Made by a program: the position numbers and the translations under genes. From Catajapyx aquilonaris (taxonomy: Eukaryota), in contig JYFJ02003786.1 of NCBI GenBank assembly GCA_000934665.2, forward strand, positions 1 to 37,625: a stretch of 37,625 bases of DNA, read 5' to 3'. Position 1 is the stretch's first letter. The number at the start of each line of letters is the position of its first letter. The notes under the pieces were generated by a model. It was not told the origin of the DNA, did not search any database, and worked only from the letters and a program-made list of their open reading frames with translations. Below, in pieces: positions 1-11,619 of the stretch.

Positions 1-144
1 CGCATGGCGGGACTAGGAGAGCAACCCCCCTTGTCCGCCATGAATGAGCTTCCGAGACAGCCGCCAGGTGTCAGCCACTTCTACGGGTCTTCCCAATAGT
101 GACAAGTGCGAAATAGGAATAGGAAGAAAACTCACATTCAGAGT

Positions 145-320
145 CACTTTGTGAGCATCAATTTTTTTATTGTACAGTTTGTCATCCAATAATTTGGTTC
201 AGTTGGAACATCTTCTCGTTCCAATGGTTCTGGCTCTCCTGGTGGCTCCGTCACGAATCGGCACAGTACCGATGGTCACACTCAGACACATGCTCTTCAA
301 GTACTCACTGGCTTCACATG
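145..320 (-). pseudogene. Orphan, degenerate copy of the last exon and 3' UTR of the ARRDC-1 gene
   Basis: Direct similarity to 1893-2105 (ctttgtgagc..caatttttt(t)attg, tttggttcagttggaacatct, atcggcacagt.cc.atggtcac, cagacacatgctcttcaagta..ctcactggcttcaca) with small deletions that break the frame. No upstream ARRDC exons are recognisable to its right. Confidence 0.75.
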
Positions 321-1532
321 TCTTCCTATAGACCTAACACTTGCCCCTCTTACCAACGACTCCACCCAAATAAACCTTATTCACAATCTCCTCCTCCTTC
401 ATCCTCTTATGGCCAAACCACTTATTTATTTATTTATTTGAGGTATCATGACGACAAGTGCAAATGGTTGACACCATCGTGATGGGAATGGAGAGTGATG
501 CATGTGCGAATATGATAAGTCGTTAGGTAACTCAAATAGTACTATTCGGCTTACTTGCTTTTAACACTCCAAATGTCTTGATCCTTTTTGTTGCAAGACC
601 CCGATACGATTGTTGGAAAGCACTCATAGTTCTTTAAGCATCATGGTGGAAATAGTGACAGATAGATATTTGCACAACTTTCACCTTGATAGAGTTGGGT
701 ATAGCTCGTGAGTTTGTCCTTTTTTTGGCGGGTACATATTATTATTGACAATAATTACACCGACACGTGGTCGAAGAGAGGAAGTTTTCCGTGCAAATTC
801 CACACACTTCAGTAAGAAAAGTTCGTGTCAGCTGCAAAAATACAAGATCATTATTGTACTGGCAGGTTAATTATGATTAACTGGCGTAATTATAGGCACG
901 GAACATACAGTCTGGTCCAGGCTCGCTATCAGTCCGGTGTCTTCTCAAGACGCTTTTAGCACCGTCTTGAAAATTTAAATCATTTGTAGATACTCACAAA
1001 TTTGTACGTAACTCATGCCTTACCGCAAAGTCCAGGTCCAAATTTAGTCGCAATTCTTCCACATGGAACCCGTCGTAACAATTCTGCACAATTAATTTGA
1101 TATTAATAAAATAATCCATACTTAAAAACAATAATACTATATAGTGCTGCTTACTTTTAACAAGAGCTCCTTCACAGATCGGTGCTAATTGCTGCATCAA
1201 TAGAGGAATCATGACAGCAAGTGCAAATTTCTTCGACACCATCATGTACTTGCATGTGTGCTGCAATGTGAGTAACCTAAGTACCCTATTACTTGCTCTT
1301 AACAGAACAAAAGTCCCGATTGTTTCCAGGTTTCGATTATTATTGAAACGCACTTTAACGAGAGCCATGTAATCTCGCCACGGGCTTGTTTGAAGAATTA
1401 TTGCATCACTTGCATAATATTATGCTTCTGATTCTAAGGGATGAATTCAATTTTTTTTTTTGCAGCACTGTGATCATTAAAATATTAAATTATTCCAGTG
1501 TTCCAAGGAATTTTGTATCATATCTCCGTATC

Positions 1533-1844
1533 AGAGGCGCAAACTTCTGTCGGCGCCTTTCATGTCCGCGTCTCTCTGTTTGGGGCCGTTGCCAAGGCTG
1601 GCGGCCATTTTGAAGTGTGGGCAACGCCAACGATGTATAAATAGGGTACAGTCTAAATAGGGTCCGCCATCTTTGATGGCTGTGGCGGCCATGGCAACTA
1701 CACGGGACTAACACGCGCGAATCAAAGATGGCGGACCCTATTTTTGCCTGTACCCTCGTTGGCGTTGCCCCCACTTCAAAATGGCCGCCAGCCTTGGCAA
1801 CGCCCCCAAACAGAGAGACGCGGAAATCGAATGTTTGCGCCTCT
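1533..1844. mobile_element. Foldback/MITE-like non-autonomous DNA element (~310 bp, almost entirely palindromic)
   Basis: Terminal inverted repeat agaggcgcaaac (1533-1544) / gtttgcgcctct (1833-1844). Long inner arms ccgcgtctctctgtttgggg..gttgccaaggctggcggccattttgaagtg..ggcaacgccaacga (1566-1633) vs reverse complement at 1756-1823, and agggtaca...aaatagggtccgccatctttgat vs atcaaagatggcggaccctattt...tgtaccct. GC-rich island in AT-rich DNA; no clear TSD. Confidence 0.8.
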
Positions 1845-1913
1845 TATGTAGTATATGCTCCCTGTCCGTATAGTGATATAGAGAGAAAAAACACCTTTGT
1901 GAGCCTCAATTTT

Positions 1914-3124
1914 TTATTGCATACAGTTTGGGTCTTGGCCTCCAATCATTTGGTTCAGTTGGAACATCTCGTTCAAACCTTCCTCCTCCAATGGTTCTAG
2001 CTCTTCTGGTGGCTCCTCTTCGTCACAAATCGGCACAGTGCCAATGGTCACCGGAAGTTTCAGACACATGCTCTTCAAGTAGCCCCTCACTGGCTTCACA
2101 TTGACCTGTGCACACACCAAAAAGTCAGTATATACAATGCAACAGTTTCATTTTTGCGAACTTATACCCATAGCTCGTAACTGATGCTTTTGATGAGCGT
2201 GATGGACCTTCGTCGCATACCAAGGTCTGTCGGGGGCAGTGACTGGCTGACCTCCAGTTTCTCCCCTGACCACACTAGAGACTCGGACGGACGGCAGATC
2301 TTTCCAGCAATCCTTCCGACTGCTTTGTTCGAAGATGTCCAACCGTGTCCGGCCCTCTGTGGCTTCCTGTACTTGGCCATCTGCTGCAACACCGCCCACA
2401 CTCTCACAGTCCTGTCTGTATGGTTGGTCACCCCAATGTCCAGCAGCATTTTCTCTCCTAATGCATATCCGGACTTGGTCAGTCTTGCAGAAGCTGCGAT
2501 GGGTCCTGCTTTCCACCAGAGACAACGGACGTCCTTGCAGTCCTCAGCAGACACACCCATTCTGCACCTTGGGTTCAGGTTCAGATCCAGAACCGGGCTT
2601 ACCTTAAAAGGGAGCTTCGCAGTGCATGTGTCCGCCTTGGAGCGACGGGATATCCTGGCGCATATTGTGTACAGGATACGTCCCCAGTCGGCTTCGAATG
2701 AGCACGGAAGCTCAAATGGCGGAAGACGAAATTGGAATGGAAATGTGTGGGTTCCAACAGGTATTGGGTTGCCACCTGGAGAAAAAAAAAAAATCATTGT
2801 TGCAAGTTCGCATTACAAGTCAACATAATGGACTCACCTTTCTTCAGAGCGATGTTGATCGGATTGAAGTAGTGCTCTGCATTGTTGCATCCTTCAGCAT
2901 CAAACGCGTGGACTCGTCCCATGCCTTCCACACGCACACTCACACCTTTTGATAGATCCGAAAATGTGGATTATTGCACCTTAATAATTATGAAACGTAT
3001 TGTTACCATATTGAGGTTCGGGTCGCTCGTCCACAACAATGGTGACCACTCCCTTCACAGTGTCGCCGGATCTGTAGACGCGACGCCGGCCGTCCAACTT
3101 GACAGCCAACTGTACGACACCCAT
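1914..3124 (-). CDS. Arrestin domain-containing protein (alpha-arrestin, ARRDC-1), 4 exons, ~341 aa
   Basis: Exons 3124-3007, 2945-2838, 2775-2168, 2105-1914 with GT-AG introns in phases 1,1,0. Motifs: MGVVQLAVKLD..VYRSGDTVKGVVTI (Arrestin_N start), GTHTFPFQFRLP..LPCSFE..WGRILY, LDLN, KSGYALGE, LPPT, LPVTIGTVP (Arrestin_C end). Confidence 0.9.
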
Positions 3125-3291
3125 GATCAGGTCAGCCGGACAAATGCATTTACGACAAATTTTACATTACGGGCCAATGTTCCGAACTGTTGTTGACAAC
3201 GTTGCGTTGCTGCGGAAACATATCCAACAATACTTTTCCGGTTAATAAAATATGCCATTTTTATTAACTCTCTCAAAATCGCAAGTATTTT

Positions 3292-4519
3292 TTAATATCG
3301 TCGGACAGCTAGTTGGTCATCGCCATGCTCTCCTATCAGGATGTCCAGGCTGTCCACTGAAGGGGCCATTGAGATGTACGGTATTGAATCCGGATGTGTC
3401 TTGAACATATTGCCATAGAGCGGTATGGTTCCGATGGTGATTGGGAGCTTCATGCACAAACCCTTGGAAAATCCCCTCAGTGGCTTCACGGTCACCTGCG
3501 GACAAATAAGTGGACCGGTTCCAGAACTGGTTCACTGAATGGTGTCAGTTCCAGGCTTACCCAAATTTCGTATCTGACTCCTTTGATAAGACTCATGGAG
3601 GTGTGGAGCATCCCGAGGTTAGTAGGTGGAAGTGACCCGTTGACCTGCAGCTCCTGACCTCCTATCTGCATCGCCCCTTTTGACTCTAAGGTCAACCCTG
3701 GAGTGGTGCTGACCTTTCGGGTTATGACCACCTTCCGCCTCTTCCTACTTATGGCCCGGTAGCTGAGTTCGACCATCTGGTACAACGTGGTCTTGACCCT
3801 GACTGTCCTTCCGCTCTGGTTGCTGACCCTCAGGTTGACCCTTGCTCTCTCACCCAACCCGTACCCGGACTTGTCCAGCTTAGCGCAGGCCACCAGCAGA
3901 CCCGAGCTCCACCATGGGAAGCTGAGGTCAGTGCAGTCTCGTGTGGACACACCCTGACAGTACTTGACCGGGGCATTGTTCAGGTCCAGAGCGTTTCTGA
4001 CCTGGAAGGTCGCCTTCTTGGTCCATGTGTCCGGTTTGGAGCGATTGACCAAGCTGGCTCGTGCTGTGTATCGGACGTGGTACCGGCGACCTTCGAAGGA
4101 GCATGGGAGCTCAATGTTCGGAAGGCAGAACCGAAATGGGAACCTGTGTGTTCCAACACCTATCGGGATGCCACCTGCAGTAACAACAAGATTTGACAAA
4201 ATGCAATTGTTGACAGCATCACACTGTACCTCTCTTCAGAGTAAGTTTGATAGGTTTGAACAGGCTCTCCTCTTGAGTGTCCCTTCCAGAGTGTAAATGC
4301 AAGCAGGCCTTTCCTTCCACCATCACAACCACTCCTTGACATATACAACAAAAAAATGGTGATTTAGTTGCCAATTTGGGCTCAGTTGTAGTATAACATA
4401 CCGTGCTGGCATTTTGGCTTCTTGTCTACAACAATGGTGACCACTCCGGTCACCAGCTCGCCCGAATGGAATACCCGCCTTGCGCTGTCCAACGCGATGG
4501 TGAACTTGGCGAGGCCCAT
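3292..4519 (-). CDS. Arrestin domain-containing protein (ARRDC-2), 4 exons, ~346 aa
   Basis: Exons 4519-4402, 4334-4230, 4174-3561, 3495-3292, GT-AG, same intron positions and phases as ARRDC-1. Motifs VFHSGELVTG, GTHRFPFRFCLP..LPCSFEG, LDLN, KSGYGLGE, LPPT, LPITIGTIP. Confidence 0.9.
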
Positions 4520-4825
4520 GATGGTCAGCTGGAATACCAGTCCGCAACGAACAGAGTCTAACAATGTTGTGGTCAACAACAAATGGTTTCCATAGCTATT
4601 CGCAATATATTAATGAAAGTGAACTCATTGCCAAAATTTGGCAAAACCCCCAACTTAACAAGCAGTACTAATCTTCACGCATAGATGGCGCATACCCCTT
4701 CTACACACTCCTGCCACCTTCAGGTCGGGCGAGAGATAGCGATACTATCAAACGTCAGACGGAGAGAATAAGCCTATTAGACAATTTATTCTGGATGCAT
4801 TTATTGAGAGAATGCACAGAAGTTC

Positions 4826-6013
4826 TCAAGGATTTTGAACCACTGGCTCCAACGATGTGCTGTCAGATTCCTGCTCGTCTGGACGCAACGGTACGGTACC
4901 GACGGTGATTGGAAGGTGCAAGTTCATTTCTGACGACATCCCAAGAGGATTGATGTTGATCTGAATGAAACAAAATATTTGCACATCCAAATCATGTAAT
5001 ATGCACTGGACTCACCGTGACTTGATAAGAGACGTCGATGAAGCTGCATGCACCTCCTAGGTCAGTAGGGGGCAGCCACGAGCTGACCCCAAGCTCCTCA
5101 CCTGACCAAACCAACGATTCCTTCGGATCTACTGCCCACACTCCTGTAGTGCCGACCTTCTTCTTTGAAACAATGCTGTGCTCTCCAGAGTCGAGGATTC
5201 CATCCGTGTGAATGTGGTACTTCACCACCTGTTGCAAAATGACCCACACATCAAGAGGTGTGTCACTCTGGTTGTCCACTTTCCAGTCCACCGATACGGT
5301 TTCTCCTAGGGCGTAGCCAGATTTCGGCAGACTGGCCCAGGCCGTGATTGGTCCTGATTTGCACCAGAGGCAGCAGAGGGTCTTGGATTCTTCATCAGAC
5401 ACGCCAATCCAGCATTGGGGATACAGGTTGAGGTCAAGGGTGGTGCTGACCTCGAAGTCCACCTCCTTTGTCTTGTGGTCACGAAGCCAGGGTCGGACAA
5501 TCCTGGCGGAGGCGGTGTACTTGACATAACCATGCTTGCCTTCAAACGAGCAAGGAATGCCCAAGGGAAGAGGAAATACGAATGGAATTTTATGAGTTCC
5601 TGCAGACAGTGGGCTATCACCTGAAAAATGGCGTTAATTAATAATTATATAGCATGTCATTACGTACGCACAGACTTGCCTTCAACGACAGTGATTTCCA
5701 TGGCGAAGTAGCTCTCTTTTCCTTTGTAAATTGTTTTATTGTCATATGACCAATGGACATGTCCCTCTCCTTCCACCAGCACTATCACACCTTGGAAGCA
5801 TACAAATTACCACAATAATTGGGTTGTTCATAATGTAAGTAGGTAGGAAAATGTGAATGTAAGTTACATCAACTGGTCTTTAAAAATGAGTGATTTACCC
5901 TTGTGCGCTTTGGGCTTGTCCACTGCGATGGTGACCTCTCCGGTGACCATCTCCCCCGGATAGAAGTATGGTCGTGTGCTGTCGAACTCGAGCGTAAATT
6001 CCGCAAGGCCCAT
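4826..6013 (-). CDS. Arrestin domain-containing protein (ARRDC-3), 4 exons, ~321 aa
   Basis: Exons 6013-5899, 5790-5680 (GC donor AG/GCAAGT), 5620-5016, 4960-4826. Motifs YFYPGEMVTG, IPCSFEGKHGYVKY, LDLN, KTLCCLWCKSGPI, LPKSGYALGE, LPPTDLGG, LPITVGTVPL. Confidence 0.88.
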
Positions 6014-6464
6014 AATAATTATTGTGAATATTTTTCTCTCTACAAAGAGATCTGGAGTTAAAAGTTAATTACATGCCTAGACAAAAAAAAGCATTAGTGT
6101 ACCAATTATGTGCAGAAATTAACGCACTTACACGAATATAATGTCGCTGTGATGAGAAGTGGACCAGTCAATGCAAACGTGCAAGACATTTCACCTCAAG
6201 ACCAGGAAGTACTGCGAGATTGCAACAGTTCCTTTCCTAATTAGCGATAGAGTTAGATTATTTTCCCACAACAATCCATCCGGCCAATTTTTTTTACTTC
6301 GCATATGAGCGACAGAATATTCATTTAGTCGTTGTCAAATGGCACTGGCAGGTACCGCTTATCACATTAACTATAGTAAGTTAAAGTGGATTAAATGGAG
6401 GATGACTAAGAAAAAAAATTGAACAAATTTTAACGATTTTGGATGTAATTAATAATGTGGAAAT

Positions 6465-7667
6465 TTATACAGGCGGAGGTTCTGGATTGTCCACCAGTGT
6501 GATGAGAGGTACGTTCTCGTCCTACGTTGGACGCACCGGTACGGTACCGATGGTGATTGGAAGTGTCAGGCACATCTTTAGCGAAGGCCCGATTGGATCC
6601 ACAAAGACCTGGAGTTGATATACTAAAGAATTATTATTTGTTATCCAGTTTGTTTCAGAGGTGCACTCACCCTGAGCTGATAAGTGACACTGAATAGTGC
6701 GCTTATTGGTCCTCCGAGGTCAGTTGGCAGCAGCGACCTGCTGACCTCAAGCTTTTCACCTGATGACCAAACGAACGACTTGTTCGGCTCCACTGTTCTT
6801 ACAGCAGTCCTAGCGACATCCTTCCACGAACCATTGTTGTGGTAGTCCACCAGCTGATACAATCCGGCCCACACGTCCACTGCTGTGTCGCTCTGATTGT
6901 TGACCACACCTTCCAACAATATGGTCTCTCCGATGGCGTATCCAGATTTGGGCAGACTGGCCGAGGCAGCGATTGGTCCACATCCAAAGCACAGGCAGCA
7001 GATGTCCTTAGTGTCCTCATCAGACACTCCCAACCCCAACTGTGGGTCTATAGGTTGAGGTCAAGAAAAGGCTGGACTTGTATGACCTTCTCGTCAGTGA
7101 TTTGGGCAATTGTTTGCCCCAAAATCCAGGGACGGACAATCCTGCCTGTTGCAGTGTACCGGACATATCCGTGCTGACCTTCGAACGAACAGGGAATTCC
7201 TCGTGGAAGACAAAACCCGAATGGAATCCTGTGAGTTCCTGAAGACAACAAAAGCCCATCTGGAAAATAAGTAATGAAATATAATTGCTTGTAATTAAAT
7301 CTGTACACATGCGTACAACCTGGAATGAGGGTAATGTCCACAACGAAGTATGTCTCGTCTCCTGACAGTCCTGAGTAAAATGCAGTTCTATCGCGTATCC
7401 ATTTCAGGTGTCCTTTTCCTTCCACCCGCAATACCACACCTTGGGGGAGACAAAAGGGACACATTACCACTATAGGTAAAGCACATTTAAGCCCAAATAA
7501 TTACTAATTATAACACCACAGCCATTCGATTGCAGTTTAGAAAAAAATTGCTATTTACCCTGGTGCGATTTGGGCGTGTCCAGAACAATGGTCAGCCCTC
7601 CTGTGACCACCTCCCCTGGATAAAATCGTTGTCTGTCCAACTCGATCTTGAATTCCACAAGTCCCAT
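6465..7667 (-). pseudogene. ARRDC-4 probable pseudogene (frameshift plus premature stop)
   Basis: Exons 7667-7559, 7439-7320, 7259-6671, 6608-6465 match the paralogue structure. An extra TA at 7049-7050 gives LDLNL-stop; removing it restores LNLDPQLGLGVSDED. A second in-frame TAG at 6522-6524 interrupts the tail PVRPT*DENVPLITLVDNPEPPPV. Confidence 0.8.
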
Positions 7668-8793
7668 TCCGGCCTCAGTTCCTTTGAAGGAATTTTGCTG
7701 GAGTCGGCAACAAGAAAGCCGTGCAAAGAAGAAGTATCACAGAAGATGATAGGCTGCTACCTGCACCAAAATTTCCTCTCTTCTCTCTCTTTGGCTGCTT
7801 TCCATTTAATCTGCATATTTTCTTAGGACCAGATGTTTATTCCCATGGCTTCTTTCCACGCAAAATAAACAAGTGCACGTGAGGGAATTCCATCAGTAAA
7901 GAGCAGGAAATACAAGGTCATATACCAACACGTCCTTTTCTAAGTTATAGGATACTGTGTAATTGGTCTTCACCTTCGAGCGACTTACAGTTTGTGGTGT
8001 AAATAACTTAAAGTAGGCCTAAATTGGACATTTCTTACTTGTACTATCTCGACACATATCTTCTTCCGGATAGCACACCCGAAAATTGCATTTCCATGAT
8101 CGAACGTATTCGACTTGTTTCAATTTTCCAAGCCAGTCTGTTGTGTATTAATAGCCGACCTATTGCTACACACTTGAAGACAAGTTGGAGAGACATGCGG
8201 TTAACCTTAGCTGCCGGATAAAGTCGCCAAAAATATGCCCTATTCATCTCTTTGTCGGACATGACCGAAATGTTACATTGCAAAACATGGATATGAGTAT
8301 TGGGCAACATTAATATCAATAACTCGCCCACTTTATTCACATTGATATACGAATAAGCGACGAGAAACTTCTGAGTGAATAAGGTGCGAATATAAAAATT
8401 ATTACAGACAGGGAAAATGCCAATTTAATGATTAAATACTGTACATATATTTACATATTAAAGGCAATAAATTAAGTAAATTATGCTAGTGCATAATTAT
8501 CAATTATAACATTGTTTCCTTGTGGCTTGATGTTGCACTCACCAGTTACGTCTAACTTCAGGCGGAAGTGGACATAACTATATCTTTTGGGAGATGTGAC
8601 GTCACTCGGGCACCTTATGTAAGGCCAACGTCAAGAGTGCGACAACGCCACTGCAAACCGGAATTGAATATTGAATAATTGATCACGGATTCAGCAGGCA
8701 GATGTCGATATGACTTCTGCTTTTAGATACGATTAATATGCATTGCCACAGTATATATTAAAGTCCACATTCACTGGCTTTGTACTTGAGAGG

Positions 8794-10882
8794 ATGTTGG
8801 TCTTACTGTTGCTCTTCGTGTGTGCTTCTGCGACCAGCAGGGTCCAGGTGCGCAATGACACCGTACCAGAGGAACAATTGGTGGCTGGTTTGGTGGAGGA
8901 AGTGCACGACATGTATCGGAAGTGCGTCCTGATTGTTGCTCACGACTACCCGGTGCTTCCGACTCCAGTGGAAGACCTGGTGAATCGAGTGTCCAGCAGA
9001 GGCCGACTGGTGCTGCACATCCGGTGGACTCCGGACACCCCTCCTCCTCCGAGGAACCGTGGGCCGCCCCTGGACAGGGACTTTGAGTACTGGTTCTCCT
9101 GGCTGAACAGACCCACTGCCAGGAGGGTGTCCAACTGCGCCGTGGTGGCCGTCCTGTTCAGGTCAAAGGACCACTTCCAGGCCGTGGTCCAGCACATGGC
9201 CAGCCTCTTCCTGCTCCACACAGGTTCAGACAAGTTCCTCTTCTGGAGCCCAACACCAGAGGCGGTCAGGGAGGTCATGCTGGGGCCGGACACCGCCAAC
9301 TTCCTCTTCCAGATAGGGGCGGAGAGGAAAGACGGGGACTCACTGGACGTCCTCAGCAACTGTCACTATTGTCGAAAAGGAGAGCCGGACATCTTGACCA
9401 TCGGGCAGTACCATCCCCGGTACAAGATGCTGCCTGAAGGTCAGGGCTACTAGTAGATGTTTCCGATGTAAAATCTTAACATCCTTTTCCTCCAGCAGGT
9501 CTAGATTTGTACCCAGATTACTCGAGGAACCTTCATGGCAAGTACCTCAATGGCTCCTGGGCTTTGGAGACTTCCCCAAACGAACTCCTGTACCTGCGGG
9601 ACAGCTTCCTTCCAATGTTTCCGTTCGTTTACTACTGGGTGGACCTGGGAGAGGCCTTGAACTACAACTGGCACATGGACATGGCTCCTGACCCTGAGGA
9701 AGGATTGGACCCAGAGGTCCAGATGGAGGATGGGAACTGGACCGGGATGATGGGACAGCTCGTGGCCAAAGAGACTGCCTTTGCAGCTGGGGGACCATCG
9801 CAGATGGGAGTCCGAGTTGTGGACTTTGTTTATCCGCACATCTTCACCTATCTGACCTTTGTCCGACGGTCCTCTCGACCTCTGTTCTCCTGGAAGCCCG
9901 TGATCCAGCCCTTCACTCCAGAGATGTGGGGATGCATCTTCCTGGCCGTGTTGTCCTGCAGCGTGTTCCTGTCCCTCCTTCTGAAGATGCTGATGGTCAT
10001 GGGGAAAAATCCTTTTCATCCAGCCCAACCACCTTGCAACGTGGCAGCCTATTCCACCGAACTGGTGGCCGCTGCAATGGTCGAAAAGTACCCAGAGAAA
10101 TACCCGTCCATGTCCTCTCCTCGAGTATTCATCTGCTTCTTTTGGCTCTTCGCCATGGTCATTGTTTGTGGGTATGACGCCAGGTTGATCGGATTCTTGG
10201 CCATGCCGGACAGGGAGGTGCTGCCCAACAATTTCAGGTTAGTCTTGGGGTCAAGAGGGCCTTGAGGTTATTATAGTATTGCTGTTCCTCCTTCAGGGAA
10301 ATGCTGGTCCATCCGGGCTGGACTTATGGTGTGGTCAGCATTGTCAAACCTTACTACGCGATGATAGTGAAGGAATCTGAGTACAGATACCACCACGAGA
10401 TTGCTCCGAATCTGCAAGACGGGGGAGACATGTTGAGATGCATGAACAGGGCTGTCGAGGAGGACTTTTCGTGCTTCGGGATCACGGAGCTTCTGGTGGC
10501 CATGTCCTTCCAGCTGATGGACTTGGAGGGACTCTTTCCGTCCAAGATTGCCCACGACGAGACATCTCTCTTCATATACGGCGGAATGTCATACCCGAAG
10601 CACTCTTTGCTCACACCCATCTCTAGCAGAATTGCCTACTACTACGCTAATGCAGGGCTGAATGTCAAGTACGGAACGTTTTTCGAGTACTGTTGCATAC
10701 TGCTGGGTATGAAGGACGCTCGCAGAGAGAACAGGTCGTACAGGTTCTCTCTGGCCCTTCACTTGAGCCAGCTGAAAGGGCCTCTGTATTTCGTCCTCTT
10801 CTCACTCACAGTTGCCTTCGGTGTCTTCTTAGCAGAGATTTTCTGTTCTCGAGCCACAAGGAAGAAGGTTCCATCACAATAG
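8794..10882 (+). CDS. Divergent ionotropic receptor (variant iGluR, IR family), copy 1, 3 exons, ~656 aa
   Basis: Exons 8794-9439, 9499-10237, 10297-10882 (phases 1,2). Signal peptide MLVLLLLFVCASA; S1 motif DGNWTGMMGQL...VDFVYP; pre-M1 QPFTPEMW plus TM; M3-like RVFICFFWLFAMVIVCGYDARLIGFL; S2; M4 LHLSQLKGPLYFVLFSLTVAFGVFLAEI; short C-tail. Confidence 0.88.
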
Positions 10883-11619
10883 AATGTTAAATATCCTGAT
10901 TAGATAATTCACATTAAGTGCTATAAGGTCACCATTTCTTTGATTTGGTCAGTTCATCACCTTCTGTAGTGTAAAACTGCTACTGTATTTATCCCATTCC
11001 CGTCAATTCCTTTGAATTAAACTCACTTCTCTTCACCACCATTATTGATTATGTTCCTAGTCATTATATTAATGAATAAATTGAAATGATTTCAATCCCG
11101 CTCATTTCATTTTGTCAGCAGAGCCCGTTTGAAAGTGCAGTAGAAGTTAAGTCAATGTACTGTACGTGCATTCCCCTCGATTTCTATATAGCGAATAAGC
11201 AAGCAAACACACAAACGTCCCAAAAATCATACCTCACGATGGCAGTCATTTAATGAAGATGTTAATGTCGTTATAAGTTGTTAGAGTTAACAGCAGAGAA
11301 GAAATCAATTAGAAAATAATTGTCTTTATTATTGACCCTGGTCTTCATTTGGTCACTTACCTTACATATGGAAGTTAGATGCGGCAAAACCTATAATCAA
11401 TATGTCAGTAGTGACCATCACTGAATGGCCCTCCGATTTAACAAGCAGTACTAATCTTCACGCATAGATGGCGCATACTCCTTCTGCACACTCCTGCCAC
11501 CATCAGGTAGTGCGAGAGATAACGATACTATCAAACATCAGACGGAGAGAATAAGCTTATTAGGAGAAAGATAAAGACAACTTATTCTGGATGCATTTAT
11601 TGAGAGAATGCAAAGGTTC

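Noticed and set aside
2184..2828. 214-aa plus-strand ORF, and similar antisense ORFs over the ARRDC, IR and FucT exons (e.g. 13631-14305, 22001-22639, 28756-29184)
   Set aside because: Shadow frames of GC-richer real exons on the opposite strand; no independent motifs.
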